Origin: Bryobacteraceae bacterium | GTDB taxonomy: Bacteria > Acidobacteriota > Terriglobia > Bryobacterales > Bryobacteraceae | Assembly (NCBI GenBank): GCA_049511335.1 | Contig: JBEKYD010000001.1 | Span: forward strand, 28,097 to 92,096 | Direction: 5' to 3' | Length of the DNA stretch: 64,000 nucleotides | Position numbers and translations under genes: made by a program | Notes under the pieces: model-generated | The model's database searches: none | What the model was told of the DNA's origin: nothing | The model's input: only the letters and a program-made list of their open reading frames with translations | Shown: one piece after another, positions 36,053 through 46,100 of the stretch | Layout of the letters: each line of letters starts with the position of its first letter | How positions within the stretch are numbered: the stretch's first letter is position 1

Positions 36053-37105
36053 ATGAGTACCGGGGACTCGACAAGACGGCAATTCGTGAAGACATCGGTC
36101 GCCGCGGCTTCCCTGGCAGGTGTGGCTGTGGCTCAGGACGATCGGCGTAAGGTCATCGATGCCTGGGGACATGTCTCGCTGCCGCGATTCCTGAGCGCGG
36201 AGGAGTACATAGCGCTTCTCGACGCAAACGGCGCGGAAGCGGCCATTGTAGGAACCGCCGCTACCTGCCCCGACCTACGGGAGTTGTCCCGCGCGGCGGT
36301 TCAGTACCCGGACCGCTTCCGCATCATCGGTATGGCCATGGGCCGCTCTCCCGCGGAGAGGGCCGCCTGCATGGCCGCGCAGATGGAGTGCGGATTCACC
36401 GGCATCCGCCTGCAAGCGGAACTGATCGCCAAAGAGCCGGAGTTGTTGGATGTGGTCGGCAAGGCGGGAGGCACTCCTTATCTGGAAGGGAGCGAGGGGT
36501 ATCGCGCCGGGGCCCGTCAGCTTCTTGAATTCCTGGACCGCTACCCGAACTGTATCGTGTGTGGCACCCACTTTGCGGGACCCACCGACCCGGCAATCTT
36601 TACCAAACAGGAATTGGTGGGCCGCTTATTTCGGCATCCCCGTTTTCTGGTGATCTTCTCGCGCCAAGGTTACATGGATCCAGAGCCACTCAAGATCTGG
36701 ACTCGGGCGCTGGTGGAACTCACTGGCTGGGACCGAATCATGTACGGCAGCGAGTTTCCCGTGGCGCTGTGGCGCGACGAAACCTTCCGCTCCACGCAAG
36801 GCTGGATCGATGCCGCCGGCCTCAAGCCTACCGCCGCCCAGAGAGCGCGGTTCTTTTACGAGAACGCGCAACGGCACTTTTTCCAAAAACGCCGCCCTGC
36901 TCGCATCATCGACGCGAAATGGGAGCGAACCGACTGGAAGACGGACTCTCCGGTGTGGCTGTTTCAAAAGAAAGGTGTCGATCTGCCGGAGGCGAGCCAC
37001 CGCAAGATTCTCCTCGCGTATCTGGCCAAGGGCGGCGACACCGGTATTGGCAGTTACCGCGACTTCGTGACCCAGTTATGCATCGACATGGCAAACAAGC
37101 TGTGA
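36053..37105 (+). CDS. amidohydrolase-2 (TIM-barrel metal-dependent hydrolase/lactonase-like) protein with Tat signal
   Basis: Start set to the ATG at 36053. Tat motif MSTGDSTRRQFVKTSVAAASLAGVAVA. Amidohydrolase_2-like landmarks VIDAWGHV near the N-terminus and IMYGSEFPV near the C-terminus. Both differ from the usual HxH and GSDxP, so this is a divergent member. Confidence 0.7.
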   Translation: MSTGDSTRRQFVKTSVAAASLAGVAVAQDDRRKVIDAWGHVSLPRFLSAEEYIALLDANGAEAAIVGTAATCPDLRELSRAAVQYPDRFRIIGMAMGRSPAERAACMAAQMECGFTGIRLQAELIAKEPELLDVVGKAGGTPYLEGSEGYRAGARQLLEFLDRYPNCIVCGTHFAGPTDPAIFTKQELVGRLFRHPRFLVIFSRQGYMDPEPLKIWTRALVELTGWDRIMYGSEFPVALWRDETFRSTQGWIDAAGLKPTAAQRARFFYENAQRHFFQKRRPARIIDAKWERTDWKTDSPVWLFQKKGVDLPEASHRKILLAYLAKGGDTGIGSYRDFVTQLCIDMANKL

Positions 37106-37560
37106 TGGCTTATGTGGACAAGCTTATGAAACAATGGTTTCCGATACTTCTGATCGCAGTTTCTTCCGGGGTAGTCGTGGTCAACGGCCAGACACCCGAA
37201 AAGGACGCTCTCGCGGCAGTGGACGGCTGGAGGCAGGGGATGCTCCACAAGGACAAGGCACAGCTCGAAAAAGTCCTGAGCGATGCCCTCATTTTCGGTC
37301 ACTCCGACGGGCACACCCAGACCAAAGTCGAGCTGATCGATTCGGTGATGAGCGGCAAGACGAACATCGATGCGATGGAATTCTCCGATACCGTCGTTCG
37401 CGTTTTCGGCAATTCCGCCATCGTAAGATGCAGAATCGATCTCACATCCAGCGGGAACGGCAAGAGCTCCATGGCTCATGTGAACGTCCTTCACGTCTTG
37501 ATCAAGGGTCCTCAAGGTTGGCAGTTGGTAGCACGGCAGGCTACTAAGCTGGCGCAGTAA
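37105..37560 (+). CDS. secreted NTF2-like (SnoaL/DUF4440) protein
   Basis: The ATG at 37105 overlaps the preceding TGA by 1 nt (TGATG). Signal MKQWFPILLIAVSSGVVVVNG. DUF4440-like body LSDALIFGHSDGHTQTKVELI...VLHVLIKGPQGWQLVARQAT. Confidence 0.75.
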   Translation: MAYVDKLMKQWFPILLIAVSSGVVVVNGQTPEKDALAAVDGWRQGMLHKDKAQLEKVLSDALIFGHSDGHTQTKVELIDSVMSGKTNIDAMEFSDTVVRVFGNSAIVRCRIDLTSSGNGKSSMAHVNVLHVLIKGPQGWQLVARQATKLAQ

Positions 37561-37600
37561 TTTGGCGCATTACCGACCTGGGAAGTTCGCAACTTAGCCG

Positions 37601-37691
37601 TTTTAACCGCTCCCTAACGGTCGCGGCTCGGTTATGAGTCCCGCTTGTTTGCAGTCCTTACCGAGCCGCGACCGTTAGGGAGCGGTTAAAA
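37601..37691. repeat. REP family 1, complete hairpin (91 bp)
   Basis: Arms TTTTAACCGCTCCCTAACGGTCGCGGCTCGGTTA and TTACCGAGCCGCGACCGTTAGGGAGCGGTTAAAA are perfectly complementary. Sits 41 nt after the NTF2-like stop, so it is a likely terminator. Confidence 0.9.
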
Positions 37692-37751
37692 CGAACGTAG
37701 CGCCGATCTGCTGAACTCGCCCGGCACCTGTAGCTTGCTGGGACGCTGTAT

Positions 37752-37775
37752 TATTGAATGAATCCAGCTTCAATA
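37752..37775. promoter_or_regulatory. inverted repeat TATTGAA-N10-TTCAATA just upstream of the enolase-superfamily gene
   Basis: Arms at 37752-37758 and 37769-37775 are exact reverse complements. AT-rich within a GC-rich genome. Lies 18 nt before the ATG at 37793 and just before the GGGAAAGGGGG RBS-like stretch. Confidence 0.25.
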
Positions 37776-37792
37776 CGGGAAAGGGGGCTTAG

Positions 37793-39052
37793 ATGAAACG
37801 TCGCGACTTTCTGAAGGTCACAGCAGGGCTTACCGCCGGCTGTCTATTTCCAGCTCCATTCGACCGGCTCGCCGCCGCGCAGAGGAACAAGGTCAAGATT
37901 ACGGGCGTCAAGTGCATGATCGTGCGCGGCACCTGGGACTGGAACTTGATTAAGGTGGAAACGGATTCGGGCTTGTACGGCCTGGGCGAGGCGTATTGGG
38001 GGTGGGGCGTCAAGGATCTTGTGGTGAACAAAATGGGTTCGATCGTCACCGGCGAGGACCCCCTGAATGTTGACAAGCTCTATACCAAAATGCTCATGGA
38101 GAGCGCCGGCGCCGGTGCGCTGGCCGGAGTCACCGTGACGGCGGCAAGCGGTATCGAGATCGCGCTTTGGGATCTCTGCGGGCGAATTCTCGAAACACCG
38201 GTCTGTAATCTGCTGGGCGGCAGATTTCGCGATAAGGTGCGGTTCTACCGAACCATGCAAGTAGTGGACCGCGTCGAGGACCCGGCCTCGTGGCGCGACA
38301 AGGTGCGGCAGGCGAAGGCCGAGAAGTGGGGTTGGACTGCATTCAAGTTCCAGGGCGATGCGGTGCCGCGAAAAGCCGACCCGGAGTATCGCGAACCGGG
38401 CCACGACCGTTACGGACGCAATCTCACCCACAAAGACATTCGTATGATCGCAAGTGGCATGGACGTGGTGCGCGATGAGCTGGGGCCGGATGGCGATTTC
38501 GCCATCGACCTGCATTGGCATTACGATGCGCGCGATGTCATCGACCTCGCGCACGCACTGGAACCTTCGAAACCAATGTGGATCGAAGACCCCGTCCCGC
38601 CCGATAATCCCGAAGTAATGGCGCGCGTGACTCACGCCATCAACGTTCCGGTTTGCACCGGCGAGAACTTGTATACCCGCGAGGGTTTCCGCAGACTGAT
38701 TGAGCTACAAGCTTGCGATGGCGTGCATATCGACATCCCGAAATCGGGAGGTCTGCTGGAATCGAAGCGTATCTCCGACTACGCCTCCATGTACGGGATT
38801 TGGACCGCGGCCCATAACCCTGCGAGCCCGGTCGGCACGACAGCCTCCGCTCATGCGGCCGCATCCATGCGCGATTTTCGTATCCACGAACTGGCAAACT
38901 ATGTCGAGTGGTGGCCGGACCTGATCCTCCGCGAAGGCCCATTCTGGGAAAAAGGTTACTTCCTAATTCAAGACAAGCCCGGCTATGGACTCGAGATCAA
39001 TCCGGACGTTGCCAAGGCACACCTGGCGCCGGGGGAAACATATTGCTTTTAG
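37793..39052 (+). CDS. enolase-superfamily (mandelate racemase/muconate lactonizing enzyme family) acid-sugar dehydratase-like protein with Tat signal
   Basis: Tat motif MKRRDFLKVTAGLTAGCLFPAPFDRLAAA. MR/MLE landmarks GLYGLGEA, ASGIEIALWDLCGRILETPVCNLLGG, IDLHW, WIEDP, CTGEN, DIPKSGG. Confidence 0.9.
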   Translation: MKRRDFLKVTAGLTAGCLFPAPFDRLAAAQRNKVKITGVKCMIVRGTWDWNLIKVETDSGLYGLGEAYWGWGVKDLVVNKMGSIVTGEDPLNVDKLYTKMLMESAGAGALAGVTVTAASGIEIALWDLCGRILETPVCNLLGGRFRDKVRFYRTMQVVDRVEDPASWRDKVRQAKAEKWGWTAFKFQGDAVPRKADPEYREPGHDRYGRNLTHKDIRMIASGMDVVRDELGPDGDFAIDLHWHYDARDVIDLAHALEPSKPMWIEDPVPPDNPEVMARVTHAINVPVCTGENLYTREGFRRLIELQACDGVHIDIPKSGGLLESKRISDYASMYGIWTAAHNPASPVGTTASAHAAASMRDFRIHELANYVEWWPDLILREGPFWEKGYFLIQDKPGYGLEINPDVAKAHLAPGETYCF

Positions 39053-39067
39053 TTTCCAGCGCAGCCT

Positions 39068-39790
39068 TCAAATCCGCCCGAATTTCGCTACGGCTTCCTT
39101 AATCGACCGGAATTTCTCGATAAACGGCAGCATGCTGTGTTCGGTGTTGTCCAGTTCCTCGGCTTTCTTGAGAACCTCGGCCGCGTGCGCGCGAGGCACT
39201 ACGGCCACGCCATCTTCGTCGGCCGCGACGATGTCCCCGGCATTCACGCGCACGCCGGCGCAAGTCACGGGCACGTTCACGCCCGCGAATCGATAGTGGT
39301 TGATGGTGGTTGAGGGCACAACTCCGCGGCTGAACACCGGGAACTGCAATTTGCGGATTTGCGGCGTGTCGCGCACGCTTCCGTCAATCACCGCTCCCGC
39401 CAGGCCGCGGTATTTCATGGCGGTCGCCATCAGGCCTCCCATGCCGGCGAAATCGGCGCCGTCCTCCAGAACCATCACGTAGACGGAGCCGGGCTTGGCG
39501 TTGTCGATGGCGTCCAGCATGCCTTCGGAAGCCTTGGAGCCCTCCTTGTGTTCTTCCTTTTTCATTAGCACGGTCACCGCCGGCCCGGCAAACTTGGCCG
39601 GGGCGAGGGGCCGCATCTCATGAGACATGTAGTTCCGCTGCCCATAGAGCTGCTCCATGGCATCCGAGGTCGAAGCCACCTCCACCATGCGGAAACCCTC
39701 GATCAGCGGGTCGCCCCCCGTCGATTGCGCCAGCAACCATGCGGCAACTCCCAAGACGGCGAGCCCTGTTATGCATAGCGTTCGTTTCAT
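39068..39790 (-). CDS. RraA-family protein (HMG/CHA-type class II aldolase-like) with Sec signal
   Basis: Signal MKRTLCITGLAVLGVAAWLLAQS. RraA-family core GAVIDGSVRDTPQIRKLQFPVFSRGVVP...VNVPVTCAGVRVNAGDIVAADEDGVAVVP. Confidence 0.85.
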   Translation of the reverse strand: MKRTLCITGLAVLGVAAWLLAQSTGGDPLIEGFRMVEVASTSDAMEQLYGQRNYMSHEMRPLAPAKFAGPAVTVLMKKEEHKEGSKASEGMLDAIDNAKPGSVYVMVLEDGADFAGMGGLMATAMKYRGLAGAVIDGSVRDTPQIRKLQFPVFSRGVVPSTTINHYRFAGVNVPVTCAGVRVNAGDIVAADEDGVAVVPRAHAAEVLKKAEELDNTEHSMLPFIEKFRSIKEAVAKFGRI

Positions 39791-39802
39791 ACCGATTCCT
39801 CT

Positions 39803-41458
39803 TTACCAGAAATGATGGCCGCTGGGAATTAGGCGGGGAAACACGTAGGCGTACATCATCACAATCGCCCCCACCAGCGCCAGCAGGCCCAGGCTGTGCT
39901 TGAGAACCGCGCGGAACAACAGGCCCTCTTTGCCTTGCTGCCCCGTAACCGCGCAGCCGATCACCAGCGATTGCGCCGCAACCATTTTCCCCATCACGCC
40001 GCCGGCACTGTTGGCCGCGCCCATCAGAATCGGGCTCAGCCCCAGTTTGTTGGCGGTAATCACCTGAAAGCTGCCGAACAACGCATTCGACGCGGCGGCG
40101 GTTCCACTGAGCGCCACTCCCACCCAGCCGATGACCGTCCCAAAAAACGGAAATAGCGCTCCCGTGTGTGCCATCGCCATCCCCATGGTAGCGTCCATTC
40201 CGCAGTAGCGCGTGACGTAGCCGATGCCCAGCATGGCCATAATCGCGACCACGCTCCAGGCCAGCCGCGCCAGCGACTTCGAAAACACGCGCAGAGTGCG
40301 CCGCAAGGAAAGTCCGCCCAGCAGTGCGGCAACCAAGCCGGCGAAAAAGATCCCCGTCCCGCTCGTGGAGAGCCAGGAAACGTCGAACAGGGCTGGCTCG
40401 GCATAGGGCTTCACCACCACGGGCGGAGTCCGCATCACCATCATGTGCAAGCCGGGAACCGGGACCATCCAGGAAGTTTTGTCTAAGACACGCATCACCG
40501 AGGGCAGGCCCCACAGCACCACGAAGGCCGCCAGCAGCAGGAACGGCGACCATGCCAGCAAAATGCGCCCGGCGGTGAGCGATTCACCGGGCAACTTCTT
40601 CCTCACCGGCGCTTCGCCGCCGTATCGCCAGATCGCTTTCGGGCTCCAGACCTTTCGGAAAAACAGCGCCAGCACGAGCAGCGTCCCGATGCCTCCCACG
40701 ATCGCCACCAGCGAAACATTCATATAGTTCGACCAGAAGAACTGGATGCCGCCGAAGGTCAGGCTGCACGCCACCAGCGCCGGCCAAACCGCCAGCGTGT
40801 CCCTGCGATTGCACAGCACGCGCATGGCCCAGAACGGCAGCACCAGCATGGTGAGCGGCAGAATGCGGCCCACCATGGCGCTGAAATCCGCTTCGCCCAG
40901 CCCTGTCACCGCCGCCAGTATGCGGAGCGGGTTTCCCAGCGCGCCAAATGCGACCGGAGCGGAATTCGCGATGAGACAGATCAGCGCCGTCTGGAACGGT
41001 GGAAATCCCAGCCCGATCATCATCGCTCCGCATACCGCCACCGGTGCGCCTCCTCCTCCTGCGCCCTCCAGCAAAGAGCTAAAAGCGAAAGCGATGAGCA
41101 GAACCTGCAGGCGCCGGTCGTCCGAGATGCCGCCGATCGATTGTTTGATGGTTTCGAACTGGCCGGTTTCCACCGAGACGTCGTAGACGAATACCGCCGC
41201 GACCACGATCCAGGCGATCCGGAACCAACCGAACACCAAGCCGCCGGCCACCGCGCCCGCCACCATCGCGGCCGGCATCCGAAACACCAGCAGCGCTACC
41301 GCCACGGCGGCCGCCAGCGCATAGATCGCCGCCCGCCATGCCGGCGCGCCCCGCACCGCCAGGAAAAAAAACAGAACGCATACGGGGGCCGCCGCGGCTA
41401 ACGTCGATAGCAGCGGGTTGCCGAGCGGGTCGCAGTTCTGTAGCCAGACTTGGTTCAT
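39803..41458 (-). CDS. L-lactate/glycolate permease (LctP family)
   Basis: 551-aa polytopic protein. LctP-typical N-terminus WLQNCDPLGNPLLSTLAAAAPVCVLFFFLAV and conserved LLEGAGGGGAPVAVCGAMMIGLGF region. Confidence 0.9.
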   Translation of the reverse strand: MNQVWLQNCDPLGNPLLSTLAAAAPVCVLFFFLAVRGAPAWRAAIYALAAAVAVALLVFRMPAAMVAGAVAGGLVFGWFRIAWIVVAAVFVYDVSVETGQFETIKQSIGGISDDRRLQVLLIAFAFSSLLEGAGGGGAPVAVCGAMMIGLGFPPFQTALICLIANSAPVAFGALGNPLRILAAVTGLGEADFSAMVGRILPLTMLVLPFWAMRVLCNRRDTLAVWPALVACSLTFGGIQFFWSNYMNVSLVAIVGGIGTLLVLALFFRKVWSPKAIWRYGGEAPVRKKLPGESLTAGRILLAWSPFLLLAAFVVLWGLPSVMRVLDKTSWMVPVPGLHMMVMRTPPVVVKPYAEPALFDVSWLSTSGTGIFFAGLVAALLGGLSLRRTLRVFSKSLARLAWSVVAIMAMLGIGYVTRYCGMDATMGMAMAHTGALFPFFGTVIGWVGVALSGTAAASNALFGSFQVITANKLGLSPILMGAANSAGGVMGKMVAAQSLVIGCAVTGQQGKEGLLFRAVLKHSLGLLALVGAIVMMYAYVFPRLIPSGHHFW

Positions 41459-41580
41459 CTCACGGGCACCGGGTAGAACTCACCAAAAACGCGCCGCGTA
41501 GATGCTCGCGCCGGCGCCGCGATGGATGCTCCCGGCCATCGATTGCGGATTGCTCTTGCGGATCTCTTCGTCTCTTCGCC

Positions 41581-42981
41581 TTAACCGCGCCGCTGCTGCT
41601 TCTTCTCCTCTTCGATCATGCTCCACAGCCAGTCGCCCGAGCGCTCGTGGTCCCACTGCGGCGTGGGCTCGAAGTAACCGCTGCCGGGCGCCAGATGCTT
41701 CTTCACCACGTCCTCGTTCAGCGTGATTCCCAAGCCGGGCTTGTCCGGAACCGTGATGAAGCCTTTATCGATGATGGGCTTTTCGATCCCTTCCACCAAG
41801 TCCTGCCACCAGGGTACGTCCAGCGAGTGGTTTTCGCAGGCCAGGAAATTCTCCGTGGCCGCCGCGCAGTGAACGCTCGCCATGGCGCCTACCGGAGTGC
41901 CCGCATAGTGCATGGCCATGGGGACACCTAGTTCCATCGCGGCATCGCCTATCTTATGCGTCTCGAGGATCCCACCCGACGTGGAGATGTCCGGATGGAT
42001 TTTGCTCACCGCGTGCTTCTCGCACAGCTTGATGAAATCTTCCTTCAGGTAAATGTCCTCACCCGTCAATATCGGCGTGGGGCTTTCGGCGGTGATATGC
42101 GCCAACATGTCGGTATACTGCCAGGGAATCACGTCCTCCATCCAGGAAAGGTTGAATTTCTCGTACGCCTTCCCCAGCCGGATGATCGAGTTCACCCCCA
42201 GGTGCCCCAGGTGGTCCATGGAAAGCGGAATCTCCATGCCGACGGCCTCGCGCGCCGCCTGCACGTATTCGGAAAGCTTCTCGATGCCCTTTTGGGTCAC
42301 CTCTTGGGCTACGAATGGGTGCGGCAGAGCCCTGCGCTCCCACGTCGTCAGTTCCGACGGCCCGGTCACCGTGTCCGGAATCTTTTGCACCAGGTTGATG
42401 CCCACGTCCATCTTGAGCCAGGTGAGGCCTCTCTCCTTGCGCTCCTTCAGGCGCTGCGCGAAAACGTGGGGATCCGGCGATTCATCCGTGTCGGCGTAGA
42501 TCCTGACCCGGTCGCGGAACTTGCCGCCCAGCATTTGGTAGATCGGGATGTTGTACACCTTGCCGGCGATATCCCACAAGGCTTCTTCCACCGCCACTAC
42601 TCCACCGGCCTGCCGCCCGTGGTAGCCAAACTGCTTGATCTTCTGAAAGAGAAACGTAATATTGAGAGGGTTCTCATTCAACAGCCGGCTTTTCAGAAAC
42701 AGAGCATAGGTGGCGCTGGCGCCGTCCCGCACTTCGCCCAGTCCATAGACACCCTGGTTGGTGTCGAGGCGGACAATGGGGCAGGGGCTGGGCCCCGGCT
42801 TCACCACCGTGGCCACGCGTAGGTCCGTAATCTTCAGCGCCGAGGGCTTCGAGTTGGCGTTCACATTGCGCGGCTCCGACTGCTCCGCCGCGGCCTCCCG
42901 CGACAGAAGCGCTCCGCCCATGATCCCGGCCGATGCCTTGAACAGCTCCCGCCGCCCTAGCTTGCCATTGCGTTTCAACAT
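41581..42981 (-). CDS. enolase-superfamily (MR/MLE) dehydratase-like protein with Tat signal, paralogue of 37793-39052
   Basis: Tat motif MLKRNGKLGRRELFKASAGIMGGALLSREAAA. Landmarks GVYGLGEV, AVEEALWDIAGKVYNIPIYQMLGG, SMDHLGH, WMEDV, LTGED, DISTSGG. Confidence 0.9.
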   Translation of the reverse strand: MLKRNGKLGRRELFKASAGIMGGALLSREAAAEQSEPRNVNANSKPSALKITDLRVATVVKPGPSPCPIVRLDTNQGVYGLGEVRDGASATYALFLKSRLLNENPLNITFLFQKIKQFGYHGRQAGGVVAVEEALWDIAGKVYNIPIYQMLGGKFRDRVRIYADTDESPDPHVFAQRLKERKERGLTWLKMDVGINLVQKIPDTVTGPSELTTWERRALPHPFVAQEVTQKGIEKLSEYVQAAREAVGMEIPLSMDHLGHLGVNSIIRLGKAYEKFNLSWMEDVIPWQYTDMLAHITAESPTPILTGEDIYLKEDFIKLCEKHAVSKIHPDISTSGGILETHKIGDAAMELGVPMAMHYAGTPVGAMASVHCAAATENFLACENHSLDVPWWQDLVEGIEKPIIDKGFITVPDKPGLGITLNEDVVKKHLAPGSGYFEPTPQWDHERSGDWLWSMIEEEKKQQRRG

Positions 42982-43132
42982 TGCCGTTTTCTCCTCTCTG
43001 TCTGCTAGGTTACCCCAGCTACCTTGCGACTGCTCAGTTCTCCCTTTCGGATTCCCTGATGACAGTATTCCGCCTTTGTCTGCGCCTTGGTTTCCGGTGG
43101 GCCGGACACCGCCGGCCCACCGGGAGAATTGA

Positions 43133-46100
43133 TTACCAGTAAAACTTCAACGAGACCTGCTGACGGCGCGGGGAGTTCGCCTGCGAGTTCCAATTACCGA
43201 AGTTGGCGTTCTGCAGGGACGCGGCGCCGCTCAAGGGGCCGAACTGGGTCCGATTCAGGAGGTTGAACGTCTCCCATCGAAATTCCACGCGCTTCGACTC
43301 TTTGATGCTGAAGTTCCTCGAAAGCGACAGACTCTCATTGTAGTTCGGGAAGTAGCGGCACTCGGGATTGTACCGCGTCGCGTTGCCGAGCGCCGTAGTG
43401 GGCTGCGTGCCAAACCACGATACCGGTTGGAAAAAGTTATCCTTCGCGGGATCGAATTTTCCGGTGTAAGTGCCGCGCCAGCCTTGGTAAGTGGTTATCG
43501 TGGGCCGGTTCCCCCCGTTGAAGATGGGGAAGCTGACGGTGGTTGTCAGCCCGATGGGCGTCCCGCTGGAGTACCCATCGATTCCGGCAAAGCGCCAGCC
43601 GCCAAGGATGGCGGAAGCCGCACTCTTGCTGCTCAGATACCTCCTGCCCTTCCCGAAAGGCAGTTCATACAAATAGTTCAGCTTCACTACGTGCGTCTGG
43701 TCGTAGGCTGAAATCGATTTTTCCAGCGCGCGGTCATATTGGTTTTCCGGCTCGCCACTGGACTGGCTGTCCGCGTCGGTCAACAGCCTGGAAAACACAT
43801 AGGAGGCTTGTATGGTCAAGCCCGAGGAATACCGCTTGTTATACTTCACTTCCAGGGAGTTATAAGTCGAGTGGCCGATGCGGTCGCCCTGGCCGTTGAT
43901 GGTATCGACAGTCGAATATTGCGGGAAGGGACGCAGGGATTGTGCCACGGTCGCCCCGGTGCCCCAGAGCGAGTTGAAGCCCGGCCAAGGCGCGACAATC
44001 CCCGCGGCGTTAGCGGCGGCCGAGCCCACCTGTGAGTTCAACAAGGTGCGTCCCGACGCGGTGAACGGGTTGAGGGCTGCCGGCAGATTGTTGAAATTAA
44101 TCTGGTTATACGCCAGGATATTGGACTGGATATGGGCCGCGAACATACCAAGGTAGCCGACCTCCAACACCGAGTTGGCCGTCACCTGGCGCTGAATATT
44201 GAAGGAGTAAGTAAGATCGTCGGATGGCGTGACTGCCGCTTTGCCGTTGTAGTAAGGAACGTTGGAGCCGTTGCCAACCGAGGGGTTGATGTTGGGTACC
44301 TGGGCCCACGCCGGCGCGCCATTTTGCAAGACCCAAAGCGGGGTCAAGCCTTGGCTTTGGTCGGTAACGGTGATTCGCTGTACAATTCCCAGGTTGTGCG
44401 ATGAGCTGCCTACGTAAGTGACTGGCCCGAAACTGCGGCTGGCGGCGCCCCGTATCGTCGTCTTACTATCCACGGCGTAGGCGAAGCCGAGCCGCGGTCC
44501 CGCGCCTTTCCAGCCAGGGACCAGCGTGGCATTGCCCGTCCTGCCCGGACCGGTGCCGGCGAAAATCAGAGCGCCCGGAATCCCGCCGGCGCCGGGGTTC
44601 GGCAAGCCCGGAGCAAAATCGCTGGCATCGCCGTTCGCCACCAGCGGCGCCCCGTTGATTTCATAGCGCAGGCCGAGATTCAAAGTAAGTTTCTGCGATA
44701 CGCGCCAGTCGTCCTGAAAATACATCTGGTTGGTACGGAACTGAGTAGCCAGGAATCGTGGCGTGTCGAGCGAATAGCCGGAGACCTGTCCCAACAGGAA
44801 GGATGCAAACGCGCTCCCGCCGGCGACGCTCTGGTTGGTGTTCAGCGGGATGCCGGTATTCAGGTCCTGAAAGGTCACATTCCCCGCGATATTCTGCTCT
44901 CCGAAACCGTCGTAATGAGTGGTGTTGTAGTAGTAGCCCCACTTCAGGGTGTGCTTACCGATGCTCTTGGTCATGTCGTCATGGAACTCCACGACGATGT
45001 TATCCGAGCCGTTGGGAGCGGCCACGCCCCAAGCGGTGAACTCGCTGTTGGTGAAGGTAACTTGCGGGAAATCGTCGCCGCAGGCGGGATAATTCGGTAT
45101 GCAGATCCCCTTGCTCTGCCAATTCGTCGCTTGAGTGTTGGTAAGTCCCCCGGTTTGGCCGGCCCCGCTCCAGGTGGCGAACGAGCCGTGGTTCTGCGAC
45201 CAGTTATTGCCGCCCGCGTAGAATCGGTTCAGCAAAGTCGGCGTGATGGTGTAATCGTAACTGAGGCGATAAACGTCGGACCCGTTATAGCCTGGGTTGC
45301 CGGCCAGAGGTTCGGGCAAGCCGGGAGCGCCGGTGGGGCCGTACAGGTCATGCTCCAGGGTGTGCTCGAAAAAGAACGAGAGCCTCTGTTTGGAGGTGAC
45401 TATCTGGTCGATCTTGATGCTGTACTTGTTGTTGGGCGATATGGTAGTGCCGTTCGAAATATAGTTGTTGCGAACGTAAGTCGAGGTGCCGGGCGTCGCC
45501 GCCACGTTGGCTTTCACCAACGGCTGCACATAATTGACGATCGACTGCGTGATCGGATCGATCCGCGATTGCGGAATCTGGTTACTGGGAAAAGGCGTTC
45601 TGACGTACGAGCCGTTTACCAGCGACGTGGTAGATGGGTCGTAGATCGTATACGGCACCCCGCTGGCGTTCACAAAGTTCTGAAAGTTGCCGCTGTACAT
45701 TTCCTGCGACGGAACGCTATAGGGAGTTGGGGTGGCTCCGATGCGGTTGCGAAAACCCTCGTAGGAGAAGAACCAGAAAGTCTTGTCTCTGCCGTGGTAA
45801 ATCTTGGGAATCCACACCGGCCCCCCTGCCGTAACTCCGAAATCGTTCTGCTTGTAGACCGGCTTGGTGGCGCCGAAGTAGCCCTTGGCGTCCAAATCCT
45901 GGTTGCGCAGGAACTCATACGCGTCCCCGTGAAACTCGTTGGTTCCGGACTTGGAAACGAAGCTCATGGTACCGCCGGAGGCGTGGCCGACCTCGGCCTT
46001 GAACCCGCCGGAGGTCACGCTGAATTCGGTCAGCGCGTCAACCGAAGGGGTGTTGTACGCCGTCCACGTGACCCCGTTGGTGTCCAACTGGCCGGCAGTA

